A program made the translations under genes and the position numbers. From NCBI GenBank assembly GCA_004431415.1, contig QPMI01000100.1, forward strand, positions 124,001-188,000: a stretch of DNA of 64,000 nt, in the 5' to 3' direction. The notes under the pieces are model-generated. The model did not search any database and was not told where the DNA came from. It saw only the letters and a list, made by a program, of their open reading frames with translations. The stretch comes from Cyanophora paradoxa CCMP329. Taxonomy: Eukaryota > Plantae > Glaucophyta. Shown piece by piece: positions 62,098 to 64,000 of the stretch (its first letter is position 1; every line of letters begins with the position of its first letter).

Positions 62098-64000
62098 TCA
62101 GGCGACGGCGGCCGAGCGGGCGTCGAGCAGGTCGATGAGCACTGAGACGCTCTCCAGCGCCGCCGCCGCCGCCTCCTCCTCCTCCTCCGCCCCCGCGCCG
62201 CCCCCGCGCCGCCGCTGCCGGGCCGCCCGCAGGAGCGCCCGGCCCGCCCCGCCCGCCCGCAGGAGCGCCCGGCCCGCCCGCCCGCCCCCTCGGCGCCCTC
62301 CCCCGCCTCCTCCTCGCGCAGGGCGGCGGCGGCCGGCCGCTGCGACAGCTCCGCCTCTCGGGCGAGGAGGGCGCACCCCGCGCCGGCCCCCTTCAGCGCC
62401 ACCTTCACCTGAGCGGACGAGACGGGTAAGGCGCCGCTCGGGGACTCGGATCTGAGGCGGGGCGGCGGCGTGGGGCCGGGGAGGGCCTTCTGGTTGTTGT
62501 AGACGAGGGCCCAGAGGGCGCCCGCCGCGGGGGGCGCAGAGGCGCGCGCTGCCGCCCCGAACCATCGCCAGCAGCCGCGGCAGCGCCATCTCTGAGAGGG
62601 GAACAAGAAGAAGTCAGAAGCGTTGGTGCGGGGGGAGAAACGAGGGAGGGGTACTGGCCGGGGGCGAGGATGTGGGGCTTGGCCTCCTGCAGGAAGGCAA
62701 GGTTGCGCAGCAGCAGGGCGGCCCCGGCCCGCAGCGCGAGCCGCAGCGCCGCTGGCGCCCCGCGCCGCTCCTCCAGCAGCTCCACCGCGTACGCCACCAG
62801 CCCTGGGGGGTACGCCTTCAGCGAGGCGCGCGGTGCGAACGAAGCGGGGCGGGGGCGGAGGCGGGGGCGGGGTACCCGGGGTGCGGACGATGGCAAGCTG
62901 GCCCTCATTTGTGAGAAGGCGAGGTTGCCGAGAAAGTGGAGGACGGCCGCCTGCCGCGCGGCGGCCGCCGGCACGCCCTCCCCGCCCCCCGCCGCCACCG
63001 ACGAGGCCAGGAGCTCCTCCGAAGGGGCCCCGGGGCCGGCGGCGGCGGCGACGCGGGGGGCGCGCTCTCGGGCGACGCGGTCGAGGGCGGCGGCGCAGTC
63101 GGCGAGGAAGGCGGTGCGGGCGAGGGCGGCGCGGAACTCGGGGACGAGGGCCATCGAGGCCAGCGCGGCAAAGGCCGCCCCGTGCGCCGCCACGCCGAGC
63201 CGCGCCCGCCCCGCGAGCTGCAGCAGCAGCGCCGAGACCGAAGGCGCCCCCGAGGTTCGCCACCAGGCCCAGCAGCTCCACCTGAGGGGGCAGGAGTCAG
63301 ATCAGATCGGATCAAATCAGATCTGATCTGAGCCGACGAGAGGGGCCGACCTGGAGGGCCTCGCCCTCGCGGGCGGCGAGGGGCCAGAGCCGCTCGAGCA
63401 GCGCCGCGACGCGGAGGGCGAGGAGGGCGGCCTTGGCCTCGCCCGAGCCGGCCGCGAGGTTCTTGAGCAGGGCGAGCGAGAGCACGAGCTCCGCGACGGC
63501 CGCGCCATGCCGCAGCGCCCCCTCCCCGCCCCACTCGCCCCCCACGCCGCCCCCGCCGGGGCCCAGCGACGAGGCCACTGCGTGCGCCTCCTCGGCCGCC
63601 GCGATGAGCGCGGCCGGCACGCCCGACTCGAGCGCCGCCCGCGTGCCCGTGCGCGAGGCCGCGAGCACGTTCACCAGCGCCCCGGCGATGGCGGCGCGGG
63701 AGCGGAGCTGCCGGCGATCCGGAGCCGCCCTCTCCAGCGCGCCCCGCGACGCCCCGTAGAGCCGCACGAGCCGCTCCGAGAGCCGCGCGCCCAGCTCCCC
63801 GCCCCCGCCGCCGCCGCCGCCGCCGCCAGCCGCGTTCTCGGACGACGGCTGAGGCCGGGGCTGAGGCTCCGCCTCCTCCGCCTCCCTTCCGTCGAGGACG
63901 CGGCGCATGGCGGCGTCGGCCTCAGCGGTGAGCGTCGCGACGAGCTGGCAGGCCGCCAGCTGCGCCCGCCGGTCGCGCCCTCGAGCGCCGCGCAGGCCCC
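62098..64000 (-). CDS. Rotatin-like gene, 3' part, copy C (runs off the window end; possibly the parent gene)
   Basis: Same exons as copies A and B, ending cleanly in LESVSVLIDLLDARSAAVA*. Confidence 0.6.

Noticed and set aside
51786-64000. Many long overlapping Arg/Pro/Gly/Ala-rich ORFs on both strands (also at 28-34 kb and 40-44 kb)
   Set aside because: These are shadow ORFs caused by stop-codon scarcity in very GC-rich DNA.

Overview
Intron-rich eukaryotic nuclear DNA with short introns and a gene-dense layout, including many head-to-head gene pairs. Three proteins (ValRS, a cyclophilin and a DUF2237 protein) have simple Phe-containing plastid transit peptides with no signal peptide. Cilium/centriole genes (ARL6/BBS3, rotatin-like) are also present. 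Together these suggest a flagellated primary-plastid alga, most plausibly a glaucophyte such as Cyanophora; this is an inference. Contents in order: tRNA-Val(AAC); a secreted FN3/IPT/filamin/Kelch protein; a Cys-rich hypothetical; a second tRNA-Val(AAC) head-to-head with an organellar valyl-tRNA synthetase; ARL6; CWC2; GLE1; SF3B1; mitochondrial uS15; a coiled-coil protein; an IPT-STELLO-like glycosyltransferase; PDCD2-like; DUF2237; plastid cyclophilin; a small hypothetical; protoporphyrinogen oxidase; a very large gene fusing roughly 850-900 aa of Ala/Glu/Lys/Arg helix to a CBM48-GH13 module; a repeat-stalk membrane protein; and three tandem rotatin-like copies. Most notable: (1) the GH13 module has all three catalytic residues substituted, making it a candidate starch-granule tether or scaffold pseudoenzyme; (2) GC-AG introns with weak donors are unusually frequent; (3) an intronic array of duplicated exon ends may act as 45-nt cassette exons; (4) two rotatin-like copies carry complementary deletions. 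All gene models were spliced by eye, so boundaries are approximate.
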